Shown: positions 1 to 10,009 of the stretch, piece after piece | How the letters are laid out: the number at the start of each line of letters is the position of its first letter | How positions within the stretch are numbered: position 1 is the stretch's first letter | NCBI GenBank assembly: GCA_965247625.1 | Contig: CBDFHL010000006.1 | Location: 34,755 to 98,754, forward strand | Reading direction: 5' to 3' | DNA: 64,000 nucleotides | From: Methyloglobulus sp. | Lineage (GTDB): Bacteria > Pseudomonadota > Gammaproteobacteria > Methylococcales > Methylomonadaceae | Program-made: the position numbers and the translations under genes | The notes under the pieces: model-generated | The model's database searches: none | Seen by the model: only the letters and a program-made list of their open reading frames with translations | Told to the model about the DNA's origin: nothing

Positions 1-944
1 TCGAGGGTCGACTTAAGGTTCGTGGCAACCGCTGCCGCAGCTGCTGCATCCTTCAATTGTTGGCGGGTAATTTCGATCACATTGTTGATAAATGCTTTCT
101 TGCCCGGCAATTGCTCCATCGGGGCATCAAGATTACCTTCACCGAATTCTTTTATACAGGCCATAGCCTTCTTCTTCACCGCGATGTGTCCGGCCACCAT
201 GTCATTGACACCTTGTGCCATGACTTTAAAATCACCTTGGAATTTGGCGGTGTCCATTGCTACGTCGATATCGCCCGCGTCGTGCTCTTGGCTCATGTGA
301 TTCATGTCGGCGATAAAGCCTTTGACATTGCTACGCACCAGTTCGATGGTATCGTTGATGAACGCCTTCTTGCCCGGCAATTGCTCCATCGGCGCATCGA
401 AGTTGCCTTCACCGAATTCTTTGACCACCGCCATCGCTTTTTTCTTCACGGCAATGTGTCCGGCCACCATGTCATTGACACCTTGTGCCATGATTTTAAA
501 ATCACCTTGGAATTTGGCGGTGTCCATCATGACGTCGATATCACCATTCTCATGCTCATCGCTCATGGTGACCATTTCGTCAATAAGCGCTTTTAAATTG
601 TCCTGGGTACGCTTCATTCCTGCCATAATACTGGACGTATCACCAGCATTTAGCTTGATAGGAGTGTTTAAATTACCTGATGAAATTTGCGAAGCCAAAT
701 CAGATACCAGACCGAGTTCGCCGCCAATTTGTGCTTTCAAACTACGAATCAACAAAAAACCAAATCCACTGACCAACACACTAACCAGTAGCGAAAAGCC
801 AATATTAGTCGCAGATGCCGATTCATTACCATAATTAGAAGCAGTAACAATTTTATCTATCTGGTACTGACATAAACCCGCCATCACAAAAAGTGCGATA
901 ACTGTCAAGGCAAGGACACTATTTAGTTTTTGTATGATCGTCAT
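1..944 (-). CDS. MCP-like transducer, N-terminal part (3' end lies beyond the left edge): 2 TM, HAMP, repeated HAMP-like units
   Basis: Absent from the ORF track because it has no stop codon in the window. The reverse complement from ATG (944-942) reads MTIIQKLNSVLALTVIALFVMAGL... and stays open to position 1. It holds two ~90-aa repeats (..[60 protein letters not shown]..) like the MCPs at 35-43 kb. The + strand ORFs at 22-834 are its antisense shadows. Confidence 0.8.
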   Translation of the reverse strand, partial: MTIIQKLNSVLALTVIALFVMAGLCQYQIDKIVTASNYGNESASATNIGFSLLVSVLVSGFGFLLIRSLKAQIGGELGLVSDLASQISSGNLNTPIKLNAGDTSSIMAGMKRTQDNLKALIDEMVTMSDEHENGDIDVMMDTAKFQGDFKIMAQGVNDMVAGHIAVKKKAMAVVKEFGEGNFDAPMEQLPGKKAFINDTIELVRSNVKGFIADMNHMSQEHDAGDIDVAMDTAKFQGDFKVMAQGVNDMVAGHIAVKKKAMACIKEFGEGNLDAPMEQLPGKKAFINNVIEITRQQLKDAAAAAAVATNLKSTL

Positions 945-1125
945 GCAAAGATCCTCTTAATTTTGAAAATTGGTTGCTCAAACAACTATTCATAACAACC
1001 CGTATTTAATTTGTTAAAAAGACTTATGTTAGTTCAAGTAGGATGCTAAATCCGCTTAACTATTCTCATTTCGAGAAACAAAAAATATCAAAATGAGCTT
1101 AACGGCAACAGTACATAAGCCTTAC

Positions 1126-3090
1126 TTAAAATCGTTGAAACTTAGTTTCGTCAAACATCAATTCAGAAGCTGGTACTCGCTTGCCGGAACCCGAAGCCTT
1201 CGGTTGTGGCGTTCCCGTTAGCTTACGGTTTGGCCCGCGACGTTCTGTTTGTGATTGCCCGATGTCAAAGAAGCCCATCAGTTCGCGCAGTTGTTCGGCT
1301 TGGCTTGTCATTTCTTCAGATGTCGCGGCTAATTCTTCGCTGGCAGATGCGTTTTGCTGGGTGATCTGGCTCATTTGGTTCATCGCCGTATTGATCTGGT
1401 TAGCACCGGAGGATTGTTCTATCGATGCCGCCGAAATTTCCTGGACCAGATCGGAAGTTTTGCCAATACCTGGAACAATCGTATTGATCAATTCACCTGC
1501 GCGTTCTGCCGCTTTTACGCTATCCACCGCCAAGTCGCCAATTTCTTGCGCGGCAACTTGGCTGCGCTCGGCAAGTTTTCGGACTTCAGCCGCAACCACC
1601 GCAAAACCTTTACCGTGGTCACCGGCTCGCGCCGCTTCAATCGCTGCATTCAAGGCCAACATGTTGGTCTGGTAAGCGATGTCGTCAATGATGCTGATAC
1701 GGGTAGCGATTTCTTTCATCGCGTCCACAGTTTGTTTCACCGCTTGACCGCCTTCCACCGCTTCCTTAGCCGCCTTGGTCGCCATACCATCGGTCACTTT
1801 GGCGTTCTCGGCATTCTGGTTGATGCTTGCTGCCATCTGTTCGATGCTGGCACTGGTTTCATCCACACTCGATGCTTGCTCACTGGTGGCTTGCGATAAA
1901 GACTGCGAAGTGGCACTGATCTGCTCAGAAGCATTGGTTAATTGTTCGGTTGCACTGATGACATTACTGATGATTTCAGTCAAACGACCCATGGTTTCGT
2001 TACAGTTTTCTTTAATAACTTTATACGACCCATCAAAATCACCTTCGATCGGTTGCCGTAAATTACCTTCTGCCATACGTTTCAAGCCATCTACTGTCTC
2101 ATTGATGATTTGCTCAACACTATTAACCATCGAATTGATTGACTGACTTAAATCTAAATAGAACCCGGTTCGCCCCTCCAAGCTTATCCGCTCCGCCAAG
2201 TCACCATTGGAAGCCGCACCAACAATTTTTGACACTTCTTTTAACATAGCTTGGGTGGCTTCCATTTCGGCGCCAAGTTTAATTTGCATAGCATCTAAGC
2301 CAGCCAATACCTTGCTGACTTCATCTTCGCCTGGAATAGTAATGGCTGTGTCATAGCGGCCATTGGAAATATTACTAAATGCTTGCAAAGCCTGATCGAG
2401 CGGGCGGGTAATCGAACGACTGATTAACACGCCAAGCCAAAGCAACAGGACGATGGAACCACCCAGCAATGCCAGTGATGCGAAACGGATAGTCTCAAAC
2501 CGTTGTTGGCCTAATTCATATTCAGCTTTGGCCACATCGAATTGCAAACCTTTCAATTTCTCGATATCAGTATCTGCTTCAGTATAAAGGCCTTTGATTG
2601 TCTCGCCCAGATTTTCCGTTTCAGCAAAGTCATTTGCTCGCAAGGCTTGTCGCAAAGGCTGGAAGGCTTGCGTAATCAATTTTTCCTTAGATTCGGCAAA
2701 CTTTGCCGCCAGTATCTTTTCTTCCGGTGTCAGATAAGTCGCCATGTAGCCTTTCCAAAGAGACTCGATGGTTTCAATGTTTTTGCCAATATCATCCGCC
2801 GCCTTTTTTGCATCTTCCGCATTCATCTTGCGGCTTGGCTGAGACCCTGTTGATAAGACAATCTCAGCATCATTGATAGTGAAAAGCATCTGGACTCGGC
2901 TATCAATCATCAGTTCGTTGATCATAGCCAAATCTTTTACCGGTAATACGCGGTCTTCATAAACAGTTTTTAAGCTGGCTTGAGTCTGGCTTAGACCGAC
3001 AACACCCAATGCACCCAACGTAATGGCAACGACTAGGGCAATCCCTATTAACCCATATAAACGCATACCAACATTCAGTTTTTGAAACAT
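1126..3090 (-). CDS. Methyl-accepting chemotaxis protein (TM, periplasmic helical sensor, HAMP, signalling domain)
   Basis: Highly conserved MCP hairpin motif [40 protein letters not shown]. The track start 3102 is GTG. ATG at 3090 is preceded by GGAG with a 6-nt spacer ([12 protein letters not shown]...). The C-terminus is ..KFQRF. Confidence 0.93.
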   Translation of the reverse strand: MFQKLNVGMRLYGLIGIALVVAITLGALGVVGLSQTQASLKTVYEDRVLPVKDLAMINELMIDSRVQMLFTINDAEIVLSTGSQPSRKMNAEDAKKAADDIGKNIETIESLWKGYMATYLTPEEKILAAKFAESKEKLITQAFQPLRQALRANDFAETENLGETIKGLYTEADTDIEKLKGLQFDVAKAEYELGQQRFETIRFASLALLGGSIVLLLWLGVLISRSITRPLDQALQAFSNISNGRYDTAITIPGEDEVSKVLAGLDAMQIKLGAEMEATQAMLKEVSKIVGAASNGDLAERISLEGRTGFYLDLSQSINSMVNSVEQIINETVDGLKRMAEGNLRQPIEGDFDGSYKVIKENCNETMGRLTEIISNVISATEQLTNASEQISATSQSLSQATSEQASSVDETSASIEQMAASINQNAENAKVTDGMATKAAKEAVEGGQAVKQTVDAMKEIATRISIIDDIAYQTNMLALNAAIEAARAGDHGKGFAVVAAEVRKLAERSQVAAQEIGDLAVDSVKAAERAGELINTIVPGIGKTSDLVQEISAASIEQSSGANQINTAMNQMSQITQQNASASEELAATSEEMTSQAEQLRELMGFFDIGQSQTERRGPNRKLTGTPQPKASGSGKRVPASELMFDETKFQRF

Positions 3091-3231
3091 CTTTTTCTCC
3101 ACACGATGTAATCGTTAATTACATTTGATTAACAAATTAATATTTTTTTATAACGCACCGGATATACAATTTTTTTTGGGGAATGTAGTCATTTTGCTAC
3201 GTCACCAATATTCCCCAGAGCCTTGAAAATA

Positions 3232-5433
3232 TTATGCCTCGGCATACTGCGGTATTGCTTTTGGAGCCGTGTGCTTGTGTTGCGCGTAATATTGCACTAA
3301 GACCTGTACATCGATAATTAAAGCGACTTCGCCACTGCCAAGAATAGTGGATCCACCAATCCCTTGGACATGGTTAAATAATTTACCTAACGGCTTAATC
3401 ACCGTCTGGAATTCACCCAATAATCGGTCTACAACGATGCCAGTTTTGCTGCCACCTGAATTGACGACGACCACGTTCTCGCGCCGCGAGGGTTCGCGTT
3501 TAATGTTGAAAAATTTGCCTAAACGGATAAATGGCAGCACTTCGCCCCGCAAATCCATGTAATCGGCATAAAAGCTCTCGGTGGGCAATTCGACACATTC
3601 AACGATACGGTCTTGCGGAATGACAAAAAACGAATTACCGACCGCGACCAGAAAGCCATCGATAATTGCTAACGTCAAGGGTAAATGGATCCTTATGGTA
3701 GTGCCTTCACCGGCAATGCTGTTGATTTCGATGGCACCACGCAGCGCGGTAATATTCTGCTTCACCACGTCCATACCGACACCGCGGCCGGATAGGTTAG
3801 AAATTTGATCTGCCGTGGAAAATCCAGGCTCAAAGATCAGCCCGTAAATATCTTTATCACTGAGGTTGGCTCCCGGCTGAACCAGCCCTCGTTCAAGCGC
3901 TTTGGCCAGGATCTTGTCCCGGTTAAGCCCGCCGCCGTCATCGCTAACTTCGATAACAATCGAGCCTGATTCATGGTATGCATTCAGGGTTAATTTACCT
4001 TTCGCTGGTTTACCGCGCTCTGCACGGATTTGGGCGTTTTCAATACCATGATCCATGGAATTGCGGACAAGGTGCATCAGCGGATCACCTATTTGTTCGA
4101 CTACCGATTTATCAACTTCGGTATCACCGCCAGAAATCACCAAAGCGATATCTTTGCCTATCTCAGCACTGACATCACGGACGACGCGCTGGAAACGGTT
4201 GAATGTTGCACCTATGGGAACCATGCGTAGTTTTAACGCGCTATCGCGGACATCTTCGACCAGCCCAATGATTTGGGCATTGGCTTCCAACAACACCGTA
4301 TCCTTTATTTGCTCCGCACGTAAATTCGCTGCGGCACATGAAATAACTAATTCGCCAACTAAATCAATCAATTTATCCAGCTTGTCCGCATCGACCCGAA
4401 TACTCTGGTTTTCCCTAGCCTTTGCATCCTTGATTTGCTTTTGCTTTTCCAGCGCCGCATCGACGATAGGCTGCGGTACGGTTTGCGTTTCAACCAATAT
4501 CGCACCGATAGGCTGATTAGCTGCTTCATTAGGATTTTGCTGTTGTTGGAGCTGTAAACTTGACTCAAGCTCCTGCCTGGTCAATACGCCACTAGCGATG
4601 AGAAGCTCACCCAGGCAACGCTCGTCCTCAGGCAAACTGCGGATCAACTCAATATAGGTATTTAGGCAGCTATTGGGCGGCAAAATATGGATAATGCCAT
4701 CTTCCCGCACAAATTCGAAGACCGCTTCAATTGCTTCTTTTCCGGCATCACTTTGCAGATCAATTTCAAATCCTAAGTAACAGGTTTCAGGATCCATGTC
4801 AGCGGCTTCAGGCAAGCTGTCTGTTATCGTGGTAATTGAAACGATATGGCCGACCGTCGATAAGTACCGGATAAAAGCCAGAGGATCCATACCATTCCGA
4901 AGTGAGTCTTTACCAAATCGTAATGAGAGGTGCCAATTACCGCTTTGCGCACCATCTGCCTTATTCTTATCTTTTTCGATTTCAACATTGCCAGCGGCTA
5001 ACGCGACTGGCGACGGGCTGATCTCTTCATGAGCCATATAGGGTGTCAATTGCTCAAGCAACAACTCACCTTGATGAGTCAGAATTTCATCCTCCGTAAG
5101 TTGTCCCTCGGCGAGGGCTTCAATTAACAAAGAGATGTGGTCTCGACAGTTTAACAAGGTAGCCACCAGTTCGTTTGACACCTGAATCTGGCCTTCGCGT
5201 AAAATATCCAGCACGTTTTCGACAACGTGGGTAAACCGGACAATATGATCCAATCCAAATAAACCCGACGAACCCTTGATAGTATGGGCAGCCCGAAATA
5301 TGGCGGCGATAGTGTCCGTCGGATCGTCTTGCTGCTCTAAACTGATAAGGTCATCTTCCATTGTCTGCAACAGCTCTTGGCTTTCGATGATAAAAGTTTG
5401 TAATGCTGCTTGCATTTCTTGATCAAAACTCAT
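3232..5433 (-). CDS. cheA: Chemotaxis histidine kinase CheA
   Basis: Hpt motif FRAAHTIKGSSG. HATPase motifs HLVRNSMDHGIE, DDGGGL, GRGVGMDVV. C-terminal CheW-like domain. 733 aa. Confidence 0.97.
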   Translation of the reverse strand: MSFDQEMQAALQTFIIESQELLQTMEDDLISLEQQDDPTDTIAAIFRAAHTIKGSSGLFGLDHIVRFTHVVENVLDILREGQIQVSNELVATLLNCRDHISLLIEALAEGQLTEDEILTHQGELLLEQLTPYMAHEEISPSPVALAAGNVEIEKDKNKADGAQSGNWHLSLRFGKDSLRNGMDPLAFIRYLSTVGHIVSITTITDSLPEAADMDPETCYLGFEIDLQSDAGKEAIEAVFEFVREDGIIHILPPNSCLNTYIELIRSLPEDERCLGELLIASGVLTRQELESSLQLQQQQNPNEAANQPIGAILVETQTVPQPIVDAALEKQKQIKDAKARENQSIRVDADKLDKLIDLVGELVISCAAANLRAEQIKDTVLLEANAQIIGLVEDVRDSALKLRMVPIGATFNRFQRVVRDVSAEIGKDIALVISGGDTEVDKSVVEQIGDPLMHLVRNSMDHGIENAQIRAERGKPAKGKLTLNAYHESGSIVIEVSDDGGGLNRDKILAKALERGLVQPGANLSDKDIYGLIFEPGFSTADQISNLSGRGVGMDVVKQNITALRGAIEINSIAGEGTTIRIHLPLTLAIIDGFLVAVGNSFFVIPQDRIVECVELPTESFYADYMDLRGEVLPFIRLGKFFNIKREPSRRENVVVVNSGGSKTGIVVDRLLGEFQTVIKPLGKLFNHVQGIGGSTILGSGEVALIIDVQVLVQYYAQHKHTAPKAIPQYAEA

Positions 5434-5681
5434 ATAGCATGACCCTTATTGTTATCTATAGATAGCGTCATTGATGACTGGTTTAGTAATTGGATAGTAT
5501 TAGGCTTAATACCAAGATCAACAGAGTCATCACCTCCGATCAGAAGCAAGACATTACCTAAGAAAAACCAACTGCCCACCAGGAGCAACTTAAGATGTGA
5601 TAGGTCTTGCAAAATAGGAATTCGCTGCCGATTCTTTGTAGTTGAATAACTAGAGTTACAGTTAGGTTGCTCTTGTTCCAT
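5430..5681 (-). CDS. Hypothetical small membrane protein, translationally coupled to cheA
   Basis: 83-codon ORF that fills the STAS-cheA gap. AGGAG lies 8 nt upstream of its ATG. Its TGA overlaps the cheA ATG (ATGA at 5433-5430). It has one hydrophobic segment, LKLLLVGSWFFLGNVLLLIGG. I recognise no family. Confidence 0.4.
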   Translation of the reverse strand: MEQEQPNCNSSYSTTKNRQRIPILQDLSHLKLLLVGSWFFLGNVLLLIGGDDSVDLGIKPNTIQLLNQSSMTLSIDNNKGHAI

Positions 5682-5692
5682 CTAAATTACTC

Positions 5693-5980
5693 CTAATCTC
5701 CGCTTATAAATAAGGGATCGCCAAATGCGGTCGTTAAATTAGCTAATTCGAGCACCTCCATAACTGCATTACTGTGCATAGTAATCTTGAGTTTTTTTTG
5801 CTTTCGTGCCGCTTCTTGCTTAGCCATTATCAATAATTGCGTGCCTGCCGTGTCGAGCTCGGAAACCTCAGACAGGTTAATTTCAAGTTCTGATCCTGAG
5901 TTAATATAAGCTAGCAGCTGATCCTTTTGTTCCGCTGCCGTATAGATGGTCATTTCGCCCTTTATATCGAGTGGTTGCAT
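5693..5980 (-). CDS. STAS-domain protein (anti-sigma-factor antagonist family)
   Basis: ~95 aa with the SpoIIAA-like pattern (..INLSEVSELDTAGTQLLIMAKQEA..). The track start 5989 is GTG. ATG at 5980 has an AGGGTG SD sequence. Confidence 0.8.
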   Translation of the reverse strand: MQPLDIKGEMTIYTAAEQKDQLLAYINSGSELEINLSEVSELDTAGTQLLIMAKQEAARKQKKLKITMHSNAVMEVLELANLTTAFGDPLFISGD

Positions 5981-6637
5981 CAATAACACCCTATTTATCT
6001 AGTATTACCTATCATGGGCTACTAGTGCTTACTGAAAAATTCGTGAAAAGATCCCTTACAGATTTTTGCAAGGAATTACTCGGGTTAAATTGGAAAATTC
6101 CTTTCGATAGCCCTGCCCTAAAAAACTAAGGTCATTCAAATAATTTATTTGAGCTTTATAGTTTTATGTGCGGCAATAATCGAAATAATTAACATTCAGA
6201 CCCCTTTTCACCCTCATACAGCTATTTTATTTACTTAAAAAGCATAGTTGTTGTTTGGCATATTACAAATAACACCCCTTTGTCAACCGCGATAAATTCA
6301 TTTTCTTATCGCTCATCGTGCTTACGGTTACTATCGCGGTATTCACTATACTTTTCGGTATAACGAATAAACCGTAGAAAATTAAGTTGGCGATATGCCT
6401 TTAAGCTCGGATCCATAGCCTATAATTCAGAATAATATCTAACGCTCTACTATTATTCAGTCTGGAAATGGCCATTTGCTTTGACTGTTACCTGGCTTAA
6501 TTCTAGTCATTTCGTGTGCACAGGCAACATCTGACCGTGAGTAAATATTGAAATTGTGAATCGGTTCACTAACTTTAACTATCTGCTTGTTTTAATGAAA
6601 AAAATAAACTATTTTTAGCGGAAACAAAGAGGATTCT

Positions 6638-7375
6638 ATGCGTACGCCCGACAACCCGAACAGCAACCCTATTTTGTTCGCGTTGATTCCGGTTTTTCCA
6701 AGCATTTTTTTTAGCCTCATTCTTGTTTCGCAACAAGGTATTTCGTCAACCAGCGTATCATTTGCTTTTCTGATGATACTTTTTAGTTTAGTGGGCAGTT
6801 ACTTTATTTTGGTATGGCACACCGACCAATTGGAAAAACTAGACAATTATCATCAAAAAAAATATTTAGAAGGATTAAACATGCTGAAGTCTTATACCGT
6901 TGAGCTGGAACGGTTAGTGCTGATGGTTGAACCTAAGCTTGCCGAACAAATAGTGGCTGCAAAAGATCTTACTGAGCAGGAAGTTTCGACGTTGATACGA
7001 CGGTTCTCAACGATTAATGAGGAACTCAAACACATCTTCGAGTTCGCCGACTTAGCTGTAGACGGCGAAGAATCAGAAGAACTTAAAAATCTCAAAAGTA
7101 GCGTCGGTAAAATACGCAAAGAAATTGATATCGTTTTAGAAACATTGCAATTTCAAGATAGGGTCAGTCAAATTTTGGCGCTGGTGCAAACCAACTTAGC
7201 CACATTAAGGGATAACCTAGAACATATTCAACAACAAGGCCAAGATCGCCATAAAAAAATGCTAAATGTGGAAGAAGTAGTTAGCCAGATGCAGACCCAA
7301 TACGAAACAGTTAAACAGCGCAATAGCCGCCCAACAACCAAACATCAGCCGGCTGACGACTTAACCTTTTTTTAA
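6638..7375 (+). CDS. Membrane-anchored CheZ-like protein (putative CheY-P phosphatase)
   Basis: N-terminal hydrophobic region (two predicted TM helices), then a coiled coil. Motif LQFQDRVSQIL resembles the CheZ active-site segment QDFQDLTGQVI (D-x3-Q). The acidic/aromatic C-terminus ..PADDLTFF resembles the CheZ CheY-binding peptide ..DDLLDSLGF. It lies 21 nt upstream of a cheY. Confidence 0.5.
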   Translation: MRTPDNPNSNPILFALIPVFPSIFFSLILVSQQGISSTSVSFAFLMILFSLVGSYFILVWHTDQLEKLDNYHQKKYLEGLNMLKSYTVELERLVLMVEPKLAEQIVAAKDLTEQEVSTLIRRFSTINEELKHIFEFADLAVDGEESEELKNLKSSVGKIRKEIDIVLETLQFQDRVSQILALVQTNLATLRDNLEHIQQQGQDRHKKMLNVEEVVSQMQTQYETVKQRNSRPTTKHQPADDLTFF

Positions 7376-7396
7376 TCTAAACAGGAATAAACGAAC

Positions 7397-7765
7397 ATGG
7401 CAAAAACAATTATGATTGTTGATGATTCGGCATCAATGCGGCAAGTCGTCGGTATCGCCTTACGGGACGCAGGGTACGACTTAATTGAGGCCGGCGACGG
7501 TAAAGAGGCGCTTAAAAAATTAGATGGTACCAAAATCCATCTCATTGTAAGTGATATCAATATGCCGAATATGGATGGCATAACCTTTGTCAAAGAGGTC
7601 AAACAACATCCAAAATACAAATTCACCCCCATTATTATGCTGACCACGGAAGTCAACCAAGCAAAAAAGGAAGCCGCAAAAGAAGCTGGTGCTAAAGCTT
7701 GGGTAACCAAGCCTTTTCAGCCTAAGAATTTATTAGAAGCGGTGTCTAAGCTAATTGCGCCTTAA
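7397..7765 (+). CDS. cheY: CheY-like single-domain response regulator
   Basis: IMIVDDSASMR, phospho-acceptor context LIVSDINMPNMDG, and TKPF. 122 aa. Confidence 0.92.
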   Translation: MAKTIMIVDDSASMRQVVGIALRDAGYDLIEAGDGKEALKKLDGTKIHLIVSDINMPNMDGITFVKEVKQHPKYKFTPIIMLTTEVNQAKKEAAKEAGAKAWVTKPFQPKNLLEAVSKLIAP

Positions 7766-7868
7766 GCATTTATTCCGGTTATGCTAGATGCCTTTTTACC
7801 TATAAGTTTTTTGATAGCCTAAAGGCAACCGATACGGTCAATCTTGGGACGTTCACGGGCAATCCATT

Positions 7869-8636
7869 TCATCGCGTATTTCCTGCCAGCCATAGCGGAC
7901 GCAACTTAACGGCATTTTCCAAGCGTACCGTTACCGTTTCCCAGTGGATGTTTTTGAAAAACGCATCCAGGTAAGCCGGGGCTTTTGCGCCATAATCCAT
8001 CTGGTATGAATGCTCATACATATCAAGCACCAGAATCGGTAGCGTAGCGTTAGGCGCATGCAAATGATCCCCCTGCCAGTAATTTTCCAACACGCCACTG
8101 TGCAAATTGTAACCGAGCGTCACCCAACCCGAACCGCCGCCTAAGCCTGCACCCATACGTTTGAACTCTTTCTCCCAGGTGTTGGCCGAGCCGAACGCAT
8201 CCGACAACAATTTGATGAAAGCGGCATCCGGTTTGCCGTGACCGCCTAAATTACCGAAATACAATTCATGCAAGACGACCGAGCCGGTGCGCATGAGGTG
8301 TTCCCGTTTAAGGTCGTTATAGATAAAGGGCGGCGTGTCGTCATCGTCTAATAAAGCGACCAATCGTTGTTTGACAGTATTCAGCGCTTTGACTGAACCC
8401 CCGTAGTTGTTTTCCCAATGGGATTTGATTAACTTCTCAGACAGGCCGTCGAGCTTGGCGGGGTCGAACGGCAGCGGTTTCACTTCGTGACTGGCGGCAA
8501 ATGCGCTGGGGATGTTTTTGGTAATTGTCGTCTCCTTTGCCGATTTGGCAAACAGTGTTTGGGAATTTAGCGATGCTACGGTAGCACCAGTGGTGACAGT
8601 CGCGATAAATTCACGGCGGGTATATTTTGAGCTCAT
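7869..8636 (-). CDS. Fe/Mn-family superoxide dismutase with twin-arginine signal (ChrC-like)
   Basis: Tat motif TRREFI followed by a hydrophobic stretch. C-terminal SOD motif DMYEHSY (compare D-x-W-E-H-A-Y). Its ATG overlaps the chrA stop (ATGA). Confidence 0.85.
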   Translation of the reverse strand: MSSKYTRREFIATVTTGATVASLNSQTLFAKSAKETTITKNIPSAFAASHEVKPLPFDPAKLDGLSEKLIKSHWENNYGGSVKALNTVKQRLVALLDDDDTPPFIYNDLKREHLMRTGSVVLHELYFGNLGGHGKPDAAFIKLLSDAFGSANTWEKEFKRMGAGLGGGSGWVTLGYNLHSGVLENYWQGDHLHAPNATLPILVLDMYEHSYQMDYGAKAPAYLDAFFKNIHWETVTVRLENAVKLRPLWLAGNTR

Positions 8637-10009
8637 AGCAATACTCCTGCCTGTTCTAACCAGGGTTTGAGGTAAGTGACCGACAATCCAGCGATACCGC
8701 AGAGGGCGATCACTGGGATGACACCGGCTTTATAACGCAGTAAAGCCAGTAATGCGGACAAGCCAATCAGTGCGGCCACCGCATCAAAACGGCCTTGGAA
8801 ACCTTGCGGCCAAAATACGTGATAGGCAAAAAATGCCGCTAGGTTGAGGATAACGCCGACCACGGCGGCGGTGATACCGGTCAACGGTGCGGTAAACTTC
8901 AAATTACCGTGGGTCGATTCGACCAAAGGCCCACCTGCTAAAATGAACAGGAAACTGGGTAAAAAAGTAAAGTAGGTCACAACACAAGCCGCCGTTGCAC
9001 CGGCCAGAAAAAGTTGGTCAGCGCCAAACAATTCCTTAGTCCAACCGGCCACGAAACCGACAAAAGTAACGACCATAATTAACGGTCCCGGTGTGGTTTC
9101 GCCCAAAGCCAAGCCGTCGATCATTTGATGGGCAGTCAGCCAATGATAATGTTCCACTGCCCCTTGATAGACATAAGGCAATACGGCGTAAGCGCCGCCA
9201 AAGGTCAGCAGCGCCGATTTGGTGAAAAACCAACCCATCTGGGTCAATGCCCCGTCCCAACCGTAACGGCCACATAATAAGCCGATTACGCCGCCCCAAA
9301 GAATTAAGCCGATCACTATCAGCTTGCCTAAGCGTTTCCTGCTGAATTTGGCGTGTTCAGGAGTCGGGGTGTCGTCATCGATCAGTGCCTTACCATAACT
9401 TTGTTTTGCGCTGCCGTGACCGCCACCGGTGGCAAATTTCTGGGGCGTAAACTTTCCCCCCAACGAACCTAACAAACCTGCTATCAAAACAATCAACGGA
9501 AACGGCGCATCGAATACGAAGATAGCAACAAATGCCAAGCCAGCGATTGTCCACAGCAACTCGTTTTTCAAAGCGCGGGAACCAATGCGATAGGCTGCGA
9601 ACAAGACAATGGCTGTAACTGCTGGTTTAATGCCGTAAAGCACTCCCGCCACTGTGGGTAAATGGCCAAATGCCAGATAAATCCAGCTTAGGCCAATCAG
9701 GATGATGAGGGACGGCAGCACGAACAAGCTACCCGCTATTATTCCGCCCCAGGTACGATGCATTAGCCAACCAATGTAAATCGCCAACTGTTGGGCTTCA
9801 GGACCCGGCAGCAACATACAATAATTGAGTGCATGCAGGTAACGCTGTTCGGAAATCCAGCGTTTTTTCTCGACTAAATCCTGGTGCATGATGGCAATTT
9901 GCCCGGCAGGCCCACCGAAACTGATGAAACCCAGTTTTAACCAATACCAAAAGGCTTGGCCTAATGAAACAGAAGGTGGCGGCATTTGTGATGGATCGGG
10001 TTGGTTCAT
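8633..10009 (-). CDS. chrA: Chromate ion transporter ChrA
   Basis: 458 aa and polytopic. It shows the duplicated CHR-family pattern (LGFISFGGPAGQIAIMH... and a second half ...LLTFGGAYAVLPY). Confidence 0.92.
   Translation of the reverse strand: MNQPDPSQMPPPSVSLGQAFWYWLKLGFISFGGPAGQIAIMHQDLVEKKRWISEQRYLHALNYCMLLPGPEAQQLAIYIGWLMHRTWGGIIAGSLFVLPSLIILIGLSWIYLAFGHLPTVAGVLYGIKPAVTAIVLFAAYRIGSRALKNELLWTIAGLAFVAIFVFDAPFPLIVLIAGLLGSLGGKFTPQKFATGGGHGSAKQSYGKALIDDDTPTPEHAKFSRKRLGKLIVIGLILWGGVIGLLCGRYGWDGALTQMGWFFTKSALLTFGGAYAVLPYVYQGAVEHYHWLTAHQMIDGLALGETTPGPLIMVVTFVGFVAGWTKELFGADQLFLAGATAACVVTYFTFLPSFLFILAGGPLVESTHGNLKFTAPLTGITAAVVGVILNLAAFFAYHVFWPQGFQGRFDAVAALIGLSALLALLRYKAGVIPVIALCGIAGLSVTYLKPWLEQAGVLL

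Noticed and set aside
22-834. Three overlapping + strand ORFs (92, 179 and 176 aa) at the left edge.
   Set aside because: They are antisense or alternative-frame shadows of the partial - strand MCP gene, which reads open from ATG 944 to position 1 and shows the poly-HAMP repeat.
6463-6480. TGGAAATGGCCATTTGCT in the STAS / CheZ-like divergent intergenic region looked like a sigma-54 promoter.
   Set aside because: The GG-to-GC spacing is 14 or 8 nt depending on which GG is used, not the required 12. I therefore do not call it.
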